Assembly (NCBI RefSeq): GCF_963921235.1
Contig: NC_086109.1
Span: 7,008,001-7,072,000 of the forward strand
Length of the DNA stretch: 64,000 bases
Reading direction: 5' to 3'
Source: Mobula hypostoma
Lineage: Eukaryota
Shown here: positions 37,640-50,520 of the stretch, in pieces
How positions within the stretch are numbered: position 1 is the first letter of the stretch
Layout: each line of letters begins with the position of its first letter
Notes under the pieces: generated by a model
Databases searched by the model: none
What the model was told of the DNA's origin: nothing
What the model saw: only the letters and a program-made list of their open reading frames with translations
Made by a program: the position numbers and the translations under genes

Positions 37640-38390
37640 TTCAATTGGTCTTGACTCGGGTCGAGCCCCTTGAAACTGGGTGCGTAGTAACCAGCCCCCC
37701 GCGCTCGGAGACGCCGGGCGGCCCGCGGAGCCCTTTGCCACAGCCCGGGGTGCTGCTTTGCATACAGGTGCCGCGGCGACAATAACTGCGCCAGCAGCCC
37801 GCCTGCCTGCCAGCTCCCTCCCTCAATGACTTTGCTGACTGCAGTGGAAAAAGTATATAAAAAACACTATCAGCTTAAAGTGGTAAATGATCAGCCAAAT
37901 GAGACCGCTTCAAAGTGGTGCACTTGTGCACTCAGTGTGTCGGATAGGATAGCGCCCAACAATGGAACCTTTCACCGCTTCGGTCAGACACATATTCCAC
38001 TTGGCTTCATAAATATATGAAATCTTACACAGTTTCTTTCACTCCAGTGCCCTTCCCCCGCAACACCTGTAGGCTATAGGCAGGAGTTTTCACTGCGCCG
38101 AGTTCAGAAGTGCAACCTGAAGCCGCAGTCCTCTTAGGTTTTGTAATGGAACAGTGATACTTAGAGTATTTTTTTCCAAAGGACCCTGGCAAGGTTTCCC
38201 CTGTAAGCTTCAGCTGAGAAAACATTAACCAGCCCACGGAACTGACCGTGTTTTCTTTTGTACACTAACAGCTCGGCTACACTTTAAGCGAAGAAACATA
38301 CTGGAAACTGCGCTGGAATCCCGTCCTGGTCGCCCGCCGTGGACTGGGGGCGCTTGTTTCAGCGCAGAGGCCGAACGCTCAGATACCCAA
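37640..38390. promoter_or_regulatory. CpG-rich unique island (candidate enhancer or promoter)
   Basis: High CpG density, no recognisable TE similarity and no convincing ORF. Confidence 0.4.
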
Positions 38391-39102
38391 AGTCAAAGTT
38401 CAAAGTAACGTTATCATCAAAGAATGGTCATGTCACCATACACTGCCTCGAGGTTCCTTCCCTTCTGGGGATTTACAGGAAAATAAAGAAATACGGTTGA
38501 AAATATGAGAAACTGCACATAACAAAGACCAACTAGAAGCCATTGGACAAATTGCGCAAATTAAAATTTTAAAAATTCCGCTGAGACTGGGCGAGACTAC
38601 AACTGGGGTCATGGGTTAAGGGCGAAAGGTGAAAGGTTTAAGGGGAGCGAGAGGGGAAACTTCTTTCCTCAGGCTGGTGAGAGTGTGGAGCGAGCTGCCA
38701 GCGCAAGTGGTGGATATGATTTTGACGTCAAAGTTTAAGAGAAGTTTGGATAGGTACACTGATGGGAGAGGTGTGGAGGGCTAGAGTCCAGGTGCAGGTC
38801 GATGTGATTAGGCAGTTTAAATGGTTTGGCACGAAATGGACGGGCCGAAGAGCCTGTTTCGGTGCTGAAGTTTCTACGTCTCTATGACTCTAAATCAATA
38901 AATATTACTGAGAATATGAACTGCAGTGTCCTTGAAGGTGGGCCACTTGGTTCCGGAGGCATTCCGGTCCGGAGATCAAGAGGTGCAGGTATGATCTCTG
39001 GAAAACCATCTCCCTGGGTAGGTGGAGATTCTGGACTCGACTGGAATCAAAGACTCATGCAAGACTCCCAGAAGGTTAATTTACAAGTTGAGTTTGTGGT
39101 AA

Positions 39103-40887
39103 TGTCATGGTCTGGAGCGTGAAGTCCACATTCCGCTTTGGGCTTGCAATATAAGTAGCCTTGGAATTGAGTGTGGGCTGCTGGTTTGTCTTGTCAGTCT
39201 CCCTTGGAGCAACATGCTGATGGAAGGCTAGTGAAACCATTTGTGATCTCTAGGCCTGGTTGGAGGACCACTGCTTCATGGAGCCTTGTTGCCACTCGTT
39301 GGAGTGGTCTTTGTGGTATGGATTCGGCTGTTTCCCGGGCCAGCTGAGTGGCTGCCAGCCACTCCAAGCTAGGTAGGGATCCGGCTGTTTCCGTAGCCAG
39401 CTGAGGTTGCTGACCGAACTGAGACTTGGAGCTACCCCGGAGCAGAGATGGAACTGTCTGTCGTTCTTTGGTGTTTGTCTCTTCTTGTCCTCGCCTCTGT
39501 GGGGTAAGCCAGGCCGTTTTGCTGTTACCCTGCGAGGGGATCTGTCTTGTCTTGCCCTCGCCTCCGTGGGGCAAGTCAGGCCATTTTGCTGTTACCTGAT
39601 GGAGAGACCTGTCCCACCTTGGTGTGGAGATGAAGTTGAGTCCCGGCTTGTCTTAGGATAAGTCCCGGCTCTATGTTGATGTGTGGTTCCCAGTCTGTCT
39701 ATTAGCTCCAAGAACCCTAGCCTTGACAATCCCGCAGCCAAGCTCCAAGAACCCAAGCCCTCGAGGATCCCAAGCCAAGCTCCAAGAACCCAAGCCTCGA
39801 GGATCCCAAGCCAAGCTCCAAGAACCCGAGCACCAAGGATCCCAAGCCAAGCTCCAAGGACCCAAGCCTCGAGGATCCCTAGCCAAGCTCAAGACCCCAG
39901 CCTGCAGCCAAGCTCAAGACCCAAGACCCCAAGCCTCGAGAATCCCAAGCCAAGCTCAAGACCCAAGACCCCAAGCCTCGAGGATCCCAAACCAAGCTCA
40001 AGATTCAAGACCTCAAGCCTCGAGGATCCCAAGCCAAGCTCAAGACCCAAGACCCCAAGCACCGAGGATCCCAAACCAAGCTCAAGATTCAAGACCTCAA
40101 GCCTCGAGGATCCCAAGCCAAGCTCAAGACCCAAGACCCCAAGCACCGAGGATCCCAAACCAAGCTCAAGATTCAAGACCTCAAGCCTCGAGGATTCCAA
40201 GCCAAGCTCAAGACCCAAGACCCCAAGCCTCGAGGATCCCAAACCAAGCTCAAGATTCAAGACCTCAAGCCTCGAGGATCCCAAGCCAAGCTCAAGACCC
40301 CAGCCTGCAGCCAAGCTCAAGACCCAAGACCCCAAGCCTCGAGGATCCCAAACCAAGCTCAAGATTCAAGACCCCAAGCCTCGAGGATCCCTAGCCAAGC
40401 TCAAGACCCCAGCCTGCAGCCAAGCTCAAGACCCAAGACCCCAAGCCTCGAGGATCCCAAACCAAACTCAAGATTCAAGACCTCAAGCCTCGAGGATCCC
40501 AAGCCAAGCTCAAGACCCAAGACCCCAAGCACCGAGGATCCCAAGCCAATCTCAAGACCCAAGACCCCAAGCCTCGAGGATCCCAAGCCAAGCTCAAGAC
40601 CCAAGACCCCAGCCTCAAGCCTGTCATGTCCTTGCCTGGTTCCGGGGGCCGAGCCCGAGGCAAGACCCAGGTTCTGGGTCCTTGTCCAGTCTCGGGCTCG
40701 GAGTCCAAGCCTTGTCTCCTAGTCCATGGTTCCTAGTCCTGGTCCTGCTTTCCCTAGCCCAACTCTGCATTCTTGTCCCTGCTCCCTGCCTGAATCCTGT
40801 CACGTCCCTACTCTAGTCAAGTCCTGTTTCTTGTATTTCAGTATCTGTGTCTCACATTTGGGTCTGTTCCCAGCACCCCATGTGACA
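39103..40887 (+). mobile_element. Solo LTR expanded by an internal minisatellite, inserted into a CR1 fragment (39040-41530)
   Basis: TGTCA...TGACA termini and a 5-bp TSD GGTAA (39098-102 / 40888-92). CR1 RT sequence continues across the insertion. Confidence 0.9.
39730..40620. repeat. About 41-bp minisatellite (CAAGCCTCGAGGATCCCAAGCCAAGCTCAAGACCCAAGACCC variants), about 20 copies
   Basis: Directly visible tandem array with alternating unit variants. Confidence 0.95.
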
Positions 40888-41529
40888 GGTAAAGAAGACA
40901 AATGCAATGTTGGCATTTATTTCAAGGGGATGGAATATAAAAACAAGGAGATAATGCTGAGCCTTAATAAGAAACTAGTCAGGCCACACTTGGACTATTG
41001 TCAACAGCTTTGGGCCCCGTACCTCAGAAAGGATGTATGGTCATTGGACAGTCCGGAGGAGGTTCATGAGGATGATTCCAGGAATGAAGGGGTTAACATA
41101 TGAAGAGTGTTTGGCAGCTTTGAGCCTGTACTCATTGGAATTTAGAAGAATGTGTGGGGATCTCACTGAAACCTACTGAATATTGTAAAGATTAGATAGG
41201 TTGGGTGTGGAGAGGATCCAGAACCAGAGGCACAGCCTCAAAATCAAGAGGCAACCTTTTAGGACAGAGGTAAGGAGGATTTTTTTTTAGCCAGAGAATA
41301 ATGAATCTGTGGGCTGCTCTGCCACAGACTGTGGTGGAAGCCAAGTCCATGGGTATATTTACGGCAGAAGTTAATCATTTCCTGATCGGTCAGGGCATCA
41401 AAGGATATGACGAGAAGGCGGGTGTACGGGTTTGAGGTGGATCGGGATCAGCCGTGATGGAATGGCAGAGCAGACTTGATGGGCTGAATGGCCTAATTCT
41501 GCTCCTACGTCTTATAGTCTTATGGTCTT

Positions 41530-42310
41530 AAAGAGAGATGCTCGACAACTGTGGCAGGGAGTGAATGCTATAACCTCTTATAAAATTAAATCTTGTGCCA
41601 TAGGGGACAGCAGGACTTTGCTTCCAGATAAGCTAAATGCCTTCAGTGCTCACTCCCGATGATCCTTTGGTCTCAGGATCTGAGGTTGACATGCGGGATG
41701 CCTTCAAGAGAGTTAATCCAAGGAAAGCATCCTGTCCGAACAGTGTTCCTGACCTAGCTTTGAAGACGTGTGCCGACCAACTGGCTGGCGTTTTCATGGA
41801 CATCTTCAACCTCTTGCTCCAGCAGTGTGTGGTACCCACCTGCTTCAAGCAAGCTTCAATCATACCAGTGCCCAAGAAGAGCGTGGTAACCTGCCTGAAT
41901 GACTATCGCCCAGTGGCACTTACATCCACAGTGATGAAGTGTTTTGCGAGGCTGGTGTTGAAGCAGATCAGCTTCTGTCTGAGTGGTGACTTGGATCCAC
42001 TCCAATTCACCTACTGAAGCAACATAGCAGATGCTATCTCACTGGCTCTTCATTCAACACTGGAACATCTGGGCAGCAACGATGCATCCATCAGGATGCT
42101 CTTTATTGATTACAGCTTGACATTTAACACCATTATCTCCTCAAAACTAATCAGTTTTCTCTAAGACCTGGGCCTCAATACCCCCTTGTGCAGTTGGATC
42201 CTGGATTTCCCCAGTCAGCTTAGATTGGCAAAAACATCTCCTCCACAATCTCCATCAACACAGGAGCATTACAGGGATGTGTACATAGACCCCTGCTCTA
42301 CTTGCTTTAC
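41530..42310 (+). mobile_element. Rex1/Babar RT fragment
   Basis: ORF 41637-42017 ([17 protein letters not shown]...IIPVPKK...[17 protein letters not shown]). Confidence 0.9.
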
Positions 42311-43086
42311 TCCCTTGACTGGGTGTAGGATCAGTGGGGAGGGATGAATGGACAAGGGAGTTGCATAGGGAGCGATCCCCATGGGAAGCAGAAAGTGTCG
42401 GGGTGGGGGGGGGGGAGTAAAGATGACTCACCAGCCTCCATATCCAGCACATAATTCTCTGTAACTTCCACCATCTCCAACGGGTTCCCTTCAGCAAGCA
42501 CATCTTCCTCACCCCCCATCACCTCCCTCTGTACTCTTTCCCCTTCCCTTTCTTCATGGCCTTCTGTCCTCTCCTATCAGATTCCCCCTTCTTGAACTCT
42601 TTATCTCTTTCACCAATCGCCTTCCCAGCACTTTACTTCACCCCTTCCTCCCCCACCGTTTCACCTATCACCTACTACCTTGTATTTCTTCCTCCCCTCC
42701 CCCCACCTTTTTACTCTGACCTCATCTTTTTTCCCTGATCCTGATGAACAGTCTCAGCCTGAAATGTCTTCCATAGATGCTGCCCGGCCTGCTGAGTTTT
42801 GTGTGTGTAGCTGAGTACTTATCTAAGTGTCTTTTAAATGTTATTATTGTACCTACCTCAACCACTTCCTTTGCAACTTGATTCATGTACACATCACCCT
42901 CTCTGTGAAGACGCTACCTTTCATATCCCTTTTAAATCTTTAAGATCTCATCTTAAACCTCTGCCCTCTAGTTTTATAATATTCAGCATGAAGATTACAT
43001 GATTAAAGATTAATTTATTTGCCACATGTACACTGAAACCTCAAAGCATACAGAGAAATGTGTAAACACAAGAGATTATGCAGACA

Positions 43087-43291
43087 ACAGGAATTCTGCA
43101 GATGCTGGAAATTCAAGCAACACACATCAAAGTTGCTGGTGAACGCAGCAGGCCAGGCAGCATCTCTAGGAAGAGGTACAGTCGACGTTTCAGGCTGAGG
43201 CCCTTCATCAGGACGTCCTGACGAAGGGTCTCGGCCTAAAACGTCGACTGTACCTCTTCCTAGAGATGCTGCCTGGCCTGCTGCGTTCACC
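43087..43291. mobile_element. Palindromic PLE pseudo-LTR inserted into an older copy of the same family
   Basis: Centre GGACGTCC (43211-18) joins two hammerhead motifs back to back. 14-bp TSD AGATTATGCAGACA (43073-86 / 43292-305). Confidence 0.9.
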
Positions 43292-43429
43292 AGATTATGC
43301 AGACACTGGACATCCAGAGTTACACACACAAAATGCTGGCGGAACTCAGCAGGTTAGGCAGCGTCTATGGAGAGGAATAAAGTGGAAAGAAATGGCGGCT
43401 TGCATTTACCCTACATACACCCCTCATCA

Positions 43430-45845
43430 TTGTTCTCTCTAAGCTGCGCGGGCGCACCGCCGCACAGTAACTGAAACGCTCCCGCGCACATAGCCTTTGT
43501 TGCCGCGCAGTTTTTATTGGATGCAGCTAGGAGATGTTTACCAAGCATGAAAGATTTTCTTTGTTGCACTGTATTTAATTATACCCTTCAATTAATAAAC
43601 AAAATCGGAAGTACGTGATTTTTTAAATTTTCACTCTACATATTCATTGTATGCCTATTACAAAAAAATTTAAGGTGCGGCACCTTTTAGCCCGTGTTAA
43701 AATTTCCTGCTCAGAGCAACGTTTGGGTCTCGCGTTCTCGAGGCTGCACCTCCTGACGATGCCGCCAGTGTTGGCGAAGACTGCGGCCACGATGGACAGG
43801 GCCGTGTCCACTACTCTCTGCTGTGCTGGACATTGTTTCAATTCCCTGTCGGTTCCCCCATCAACATGACCTTACAGCTCTCTGCCTCTTTCTAGGCAAC
43901 CTACCCAGTTCCCCTCCTCCATTTGATGGAACTGGTCCCCATATTCGACAACTTTCTCTTTGCACCACTCCCAATTCACAGGGTGTAACCACGGGTATCG
44001 CCCCCAGTTCCGCTTGCCCTTTCATTGGCTACGTGGAACCGTGTTCCATACTGGTTTGCCCTCATCCTACTGTGAACGGCGGTCAGTTCAGCAATGACTG
44101 CGGTGAGTGTTTTTTTTCATTAACAAACTGCCCACGACTATATCCGAGAACAAGCTAATTGGAAATGAAAGCTCTTGGAGAGTCATGAAATCCCCTGAAG
44201 AAAAATCCCCTGCTTCGCAGAGCGAGATGAGAGTTTAAAAATACATCTGTGTGGGCCGCACAATGAAAGAAAGGGATTACATATATTTGCAGATCTCAAT
44301 GTCCCTCGGCTTCTAACAGAGCCTGGGTGCTCTCTCACCGTGAAGGATACTGCGACGATAAGGTCTAAAGTTCGAAGTAAACTTTTTTTCAAAGTACGTA
44401 TGTGTCACCTGAGATTCATTTTCTTTCAGGCGTTCACAGCAGAACAGAATCAGTGAAAAATTATACACAAAGGCGGACAAAACAACCGCTGTGCAAAACG
44501 CAAAACGCACACATTTTTAAAAAAAAAGTAAATACTGAGAACATGAGTTATTGAAAGCGAGTCCATAGACTGTGGAATCGATTCAGTGTTGGGGTGGGTG
44601 AAGATATCCACGCCGGTTCGGAGGAGCCTGGTGATGCTTCAGGAGTTACTGTTCCTGAAGCATCTGCTCTCCCTGACTTGGTGCTAATGTTCGTGTAGGA
44701 TCAGAATAAAATGGCAGGGGACAGCGTGGGGTGGTGGGAGGTTGGGGAGGCGATTCATGCAGCAGTCACCGAGGGAGAGTTGGATAAAGCCGGCAGATTA
44801 TAGAGGTGTACCGCGGGCGCGCCTCTGACAGATGTCAGGCGCCGTGACCGGTGCTCGGGGACATCAGCTGCTTGGATCAAAGATTCACAGACAAAGATTT
44901 TTAAAATTCCCCTAAAAAACAAGCGAGGATCCTTGGACCACAGATATATAAACTGTAAAGATCGAGTCCTCAGTTTCCTCTGCTTTTCTGCTATGGTGTT
45001 ATTTGCAACGCACACAAAATGCCGGAGGAGCTCAGCAGGGCAGGAAAGGAATAAAGAATCGACATTTCGGGCCGAGTCCCTTCACCAGGATTTCCTATAG
45101 ATGGTGCTGAGCGCCTCCGGCTTTTAGTGTGTGTGTTTCTCGGGATTGCCAGCAATCTCGGGTTTATGATGTGTTGTTTGTTAGCGCGGTGTTTGATCAG
45201 TTAGTTAAAGCCGCCAGACTCCGAAGGCACGGGGAATTGGTCAGCTTGTCACCAGCTAATGTCAAGGGACCATTGATTCTATATTTGGTGAATTTTGCTA
45301 AGAGTACCGACGCTCCTCTAAAAATACAAAGGAGCGCGAAAAAGAAAAGAGCCCACGACGCAACAGATGGTCGATTAGGGAGGTTTGCGAGTGTGTTTTG
45401 TACACGACTCTTCGCTCTATGTGCTGAGGCTTAAGCTTGGATGGGAAAAGCTCTTCTGTTGTGCTGTTGTCAGCCGATGCATTGTGCGGGGATTCATTAA
45501 GGGGGCGAGCAGCTGGATGCTGCAGAGGCCCCTCGTGTTGTGGGAACCGGAGGCTCCTTTCCTGCGGGGACGCAACAGTTGCTTCCGTCGCTGGGAGGAT
45601 TTTTCGCACCAGGCTCTCTGTTACCAAATTCTTGACCTTCACGGGGATGAAGTGTGTTATTTTCCTTTTGTTCCACTCGGGGAGAGTTGATGCAAAAAGA
45701 AGAGCTTCTCTCCATTGGCTGGAGGGGAGGCCAATCAGAGTCTTGTTGGTGGGGTTTGGACCGGCCCGCAGAGAAGCATTGCGGAGGTTCGCTCTGCCTT
45801 TCAGCGGCGGGGCAATGCTACCGCGCCGGCAACGACTGTTTAACC
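43430..45845. promoter_or_regulatory. CpG-island-like region with promoter-type motifs
   Basis: CpG-rich unique blocks at 43430-43850, 44760-44900 and 45180-45845. Opposed CCAAT boxes at 45714-18 and 45731-35 flank GGAGGGGAGG. Confidence 0.45.
43870..44050 (+). mobile_element. Degraded PLE reverse transcriptase fragment
   Basis: Reads as NFSF..SQF..GV..G..APSSACPFIGYVE, resembling the PLE GVAMGTRMGPSYACLFVGYVE region. Confidence 0.55.
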
Positions 45846-48800
45846 TGATTTCCAGAACACAAGTGTAAAGGAGAACTAAGTAATTATTACTCCGGATCCG
45901 ATGCAGACATCCCCCCCAACACAATAAATATAAAGCAAAACACACAAAATGCTGGAGGAATAAAAATCAGGTTTGACGTAAAACCATAAGATATAGGAGC
46001 AGAAGTAGGCCGTTCGGCCCGTCGAGTCTGCTCCGCCATTCAATCATGGGCTGATCCAATTCTTCCAGTCGTCACCACTCCCCTGCTTTCACCCCATACC
46101 CTTTGATGCCCTGGCTAATCAAGAACCTATCGATCTCTGGTTTAAATGCACCCAGTGACTTGGCCTCCACAGCCGCTCGTGGCTACAAATTCCACAGATT
46201 TACCACCCTCTGACTAAAGTTATTTCTCCACATCTCAGTTCTAAGAGGATGTCTTTCAATCCTGAAGTCGTGCCCTCTTGTCCTAGAATCCCCTAACCTG
46301 GGAAATAACTTTGCCATATCTAATCTGTTCAAGCCCTTTAACACTTTACCTCTGGCGTATGTCTGAAATTTGTTGTCTTTGCAGCAACACCACATTGCAA
46401 TACATAATCACAGAAATAAATGAGAACTACTCTAAATATATATATGAAATAGTTAAATGCAGTGAGGCAGTGTTCAATGGGTCCATTTAATATCAGAGAG
46501 TATACAACCTGAAATTCTTACTCTTCACAGACATCCACAAAGAGTATGAGCATGGGTTCAATGTCCTTTCAGGAATCGGATGGCAGAGGGGAAGAAGCTG
46601 TTCCTGAATCACTGAGTGTGTACCTTCAGGCTTCTGTTCCTCCTTCCCGATGGTAGCAATGAGAACAGGGCATGACCTGGGTGGTGTGGTCCTTAATGAT
46701 AGAAGCCGCCTTTTTGAGGCGCTGCTCCTCGAAGATGTCCTCGATACTATGGAGGCTCGTGCCCGTGATGGAGCTGACTAAGTTTACAGCTCTTTGCAGT
46801 ATATCTTGATCCTGTGCAGGAACTCAGCAGTAAGGCAGCATCTATGAAAATGAATAAACAGTCGTGAAGAAGGGTCTTGGCTGTGTGTTCATTTCCATGG
46901 ACGCTGCCTGACCTGCTGAACTCCTCCTGCATTTGTGTGTGTTGTTTTGGATCTCCAACATCTGCAGAACCCCTTGTGTTTACAATAACTCTAAATACAT
47001 AAAATAGCTTCTATACATAGATTGATTGTATGTACATGAAGTGACTTTAGGCACAGGAGTGTCCGTACATGAGGCGACTGACAGGAGGTGATAAAGTAGA
47101 GGTGGTGGGGGGAGGGTGATCATCTATAAATTGCCAGTGAAAAGGCATTGCACTGTTTATCTTTGTAAATAGCATTTTATTGTAAATAAACTTTGTTTTA
47201 ATAACTCTAAGACACCATTTAACATCAGGGACTAGTTACATCTCACCACAAATCTGTGCATCAGATCCTTCTAGCCTCCCCTCTACAGTCGAATGGTTTA
47301 ATTCTGCTCCTATGTCTTACGGACTCTGTCTGTACTTGCTGCCTCAGTAAAGCAGCCAGCAGAATCAAAGACCCCTTACACCCCAGACATTCTTTCCCCC
47401 ACCTCAAATATTTTTTTAACAAAGGTTTATTCACCAGCTAAACACTGAACAATAACCAGGGCTTCATAAAGCATGCTTATTACTGATTACAACATATTCT
47501 CCCTACACCCCTCGACAGAAGATACAAAAGCTTGAAAGCATGGAAGACCAGGCTCAAGGACAACTTCTACCCACTGAAATAGGACTACTAAATAGTTCCC
47601 TAGTATGATAAGATGGACTCTTCACCTCACAGTCTACCTCGTTATGACCTTGCACCTTATCGTCTACCTGCAATGCACTTTCTCTGTAGCCGTTGCACTT
47701 TATTCTGTGTTGTTATTGTTTTCCCTGGTTCTCCCTCAATGTGCTGGGTAATGATCTGAACTGTATACTTTTATCTTGTACCTGTATACTTTCCCCTTGT
47801 TACTTGCATCTTGTGCTTCAATACACTGTGTAATGATGTGATTTGGGTGTCAGGGTGGAGATACGTCTCTACCAGAGGAGGTGTCAGGTGCTCCTTCCCT
47901 CTGCTAGTCTGCAGGTCACCCTTGAACAAGGTGTAGAACCTGCTTAGATCTTGATCAGAGTCATGTGAAGCCATGGGATCAGGTGGTGGACGGTCGTATG
48001 AGCAGCCAGCGCAGATCACAATTCCTGGTTATGTGACCACTGACACCAGGCAGACAATCTCTGAAGGGTATTGATAATGGCTGGGGGTCATCCGACTTGT
48101 AAAGACACTGCCCAGAAGAAGGCAAGGGCAAACCACTTCTGTAGAAGAATTTGCCAAGAACAATCATGGTCATGGAAAGACCAGGATCGCCCACGTCATA
48201 CAACATGGCACATAACGAACAAACGGGCTGTTCTGCATTCCACGTGAACAGGAAGCAAGGATATCTGGCCAAAGGGTGAAGAGGAACAGCTTGGGAGTGT
48301 GAAAATGGGTTGAAATGGAAAACAAATCAGGCATGATGGCATAGACTCGATGGGCCGAATGGCCACATTCTGCTCCTACAGCATGTCTTAGTTTTTGTGG
48401 TTTAATAGCTGCTCCTGGCTCAAACAACCAATGTGTAAATGAAGACAAACTGTGCAAATAAATGAATAAATAATAAATAAAGGAAAATGAACATGCCAAC
48501 TAATAAATAAATGAAACTCATGTTCTCAGTATTATTTATTTATTTTTTACTTGCAGTTTGTCTTCTATTGCATGTTGGTTGTTTGTCAGTCTTTGCGAGT
48601 AGTTTTTCAATGATTCTGTTGTATTTCCTTGTTCAACTATGAATGCCTGCAAGAAAATAAATCTGAATTTCAAAGGTTCATTTTATTGTCAAAGTATGCA
48701 TGTACAATACAACTCTGATATCTGTCTTCTCCAGATAGCCACGAAATACAGAAAGACTATGGGTGCTGATGAAAGAAAAGACACCAACTCCCCCCTTCAC

Positions 48801-50470
48801 TGCAGCACGAATAAGCAAAGAAAACTTGCAGACCCCAAAATTGACCCCACTTCCCTGCAGCAAAAAAAGCGACAATAACAGTCCTCAAGCCCCCTGACTC
48901 GCAGAAAAGAACAGTGATGCCTAAGTACTTTGATAATAAATTTACATTGAACTTTAACATGTAGAAGCCACAGCCAAGAAAGCTCATTAGGACCTCTGCT
49001 TCCAACTTTTCCCTACAACGCAGTCCCTCAAGTCTGGGCACTATTTTTGTAAATCATTCCTGCGCTCTTTCCAGCTTAAAAACATCTTTCCTGATGTGGC
49101 TGTAAACAAGTTTTGCACCTGTTCGTACATTTACTTGTGCAGTCGGCAGCAAACTTGACTTTGACTGTCACTCTGTTGCTTTGACACAGAGACTGATCTT
49201 CAATGCAGTTGTTGGCCCGAGCCTTCCCTCTCTGAGCAACACCGTACCGTCACAGTTAGTGCGATGCGAATACAGCTCAGAGTTCAGAGTTCAATTCTGT
49301 GAGGTGTTTCTACCGCCTCCCTGTAAACATGTGGGTTTCCTCCACGAACTCTGATTTCCTCCCACATTCCCAAGACTTACCGGTTGGTAGGTTAATTGCA
49401 CTTTGTAAGTTGTCCTGTGATTAGGCTAGGATTAAATTGGCGGGTCACGGGCCGTGTGGCCGGTACTTTCGGATTAAGATGACGCTATTGATGTTGTACG
49501 ATAGCTTACTGTGGTTCAGAAGGCAAGAAATTCTACTAAAGGCATTACTGATAACAGCTTTCCTGAAGTAAATTGTGGTAGACTATCACCATAAACTGTG
49601 GAGAAGAAAGCTGGGAGTGAAGCTGGCTTGAAGGATGAGCCATGTGGATGCATCGCAAAGCTGAAGCACAATGTGTTCAAGATAGGGTCGCAGGTGGGGA
49701 TGGAGCGAGCGATTTGGAGAGGAGTTGATGGGAAAGGGTTTCGATGCCCGTCCTCCTAACCCGGGTGAGAGGTTGGATTGCTCCAAGCACCAAGCTGATT
49801 TGGTGTGATGGACAGCGGCTTCGGGCTGGGCAGCAAGTGAGCCGCTGTGCCGGGGGTCCGGGTCCCAGAGCGAGGCGGACAACTTAAATGGCGGCCCAGA
49901 TAGACTAGAAATCCCAAGTGTCGGGGCCGGAGACGGAGGGAGGGTAGGCTGATTTCGCTTGCTCTCCTGTGGTGTTCGTTCCTCTCTCCGTGGCACTGAG
50001 GCTGTGGCTGTCGTCCTGGTGGATTTAGTGGCGCTCTGCCCCGATAGTGTGAAGAACTGAGATCGAGGCTTGGGGCTACCCCGGGGAGCGGATCTAAGGA
50101 CTCAGTCCGGTTCAGAATGCTGTGGTTTGGCTTTTATTGCTTGCATGATGCGTGTGTTTTCCCCTCTTTCTCTTTCAATTGTGTTCATCGGGTTTCTTGC
50201 TCTGTGGCTGTCTGTGAGCAGACAAATCTCAAGGTGTATAATTTACACATTCTTTGATAATAAATGTACTTTGAATCATTGGGGCAGAAGGGCCTGTCTA
50301 TCACAAATAAATAAGCACACAAAGCGCTGGAGGAACTCAGCAGGTCAGGCAGCATCGATGGAAATGAATAAACAGTTGACTTTTTGGGCCGAGACCCTTC
50401 TTCAGGACCAGAAGGACTGACTGTTTATTCATTTCCATCGATGCTGCCTGACCTGCTGAGTTCCTCCAGC

Positions 50471-50520
<50 letters not shown>

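Noticed and set aside
39681..40816. Long repetitive ORFs as a host gene
   Set aside because: They lie wholly within an LTR-internal minisatellite and are open in several frames.
45298..45945. 215-aa minus-strand ORF
   Set aside because: It begins in repeat sequence, has no recognisable domain, and is expected by chance in GC-rich DNA.
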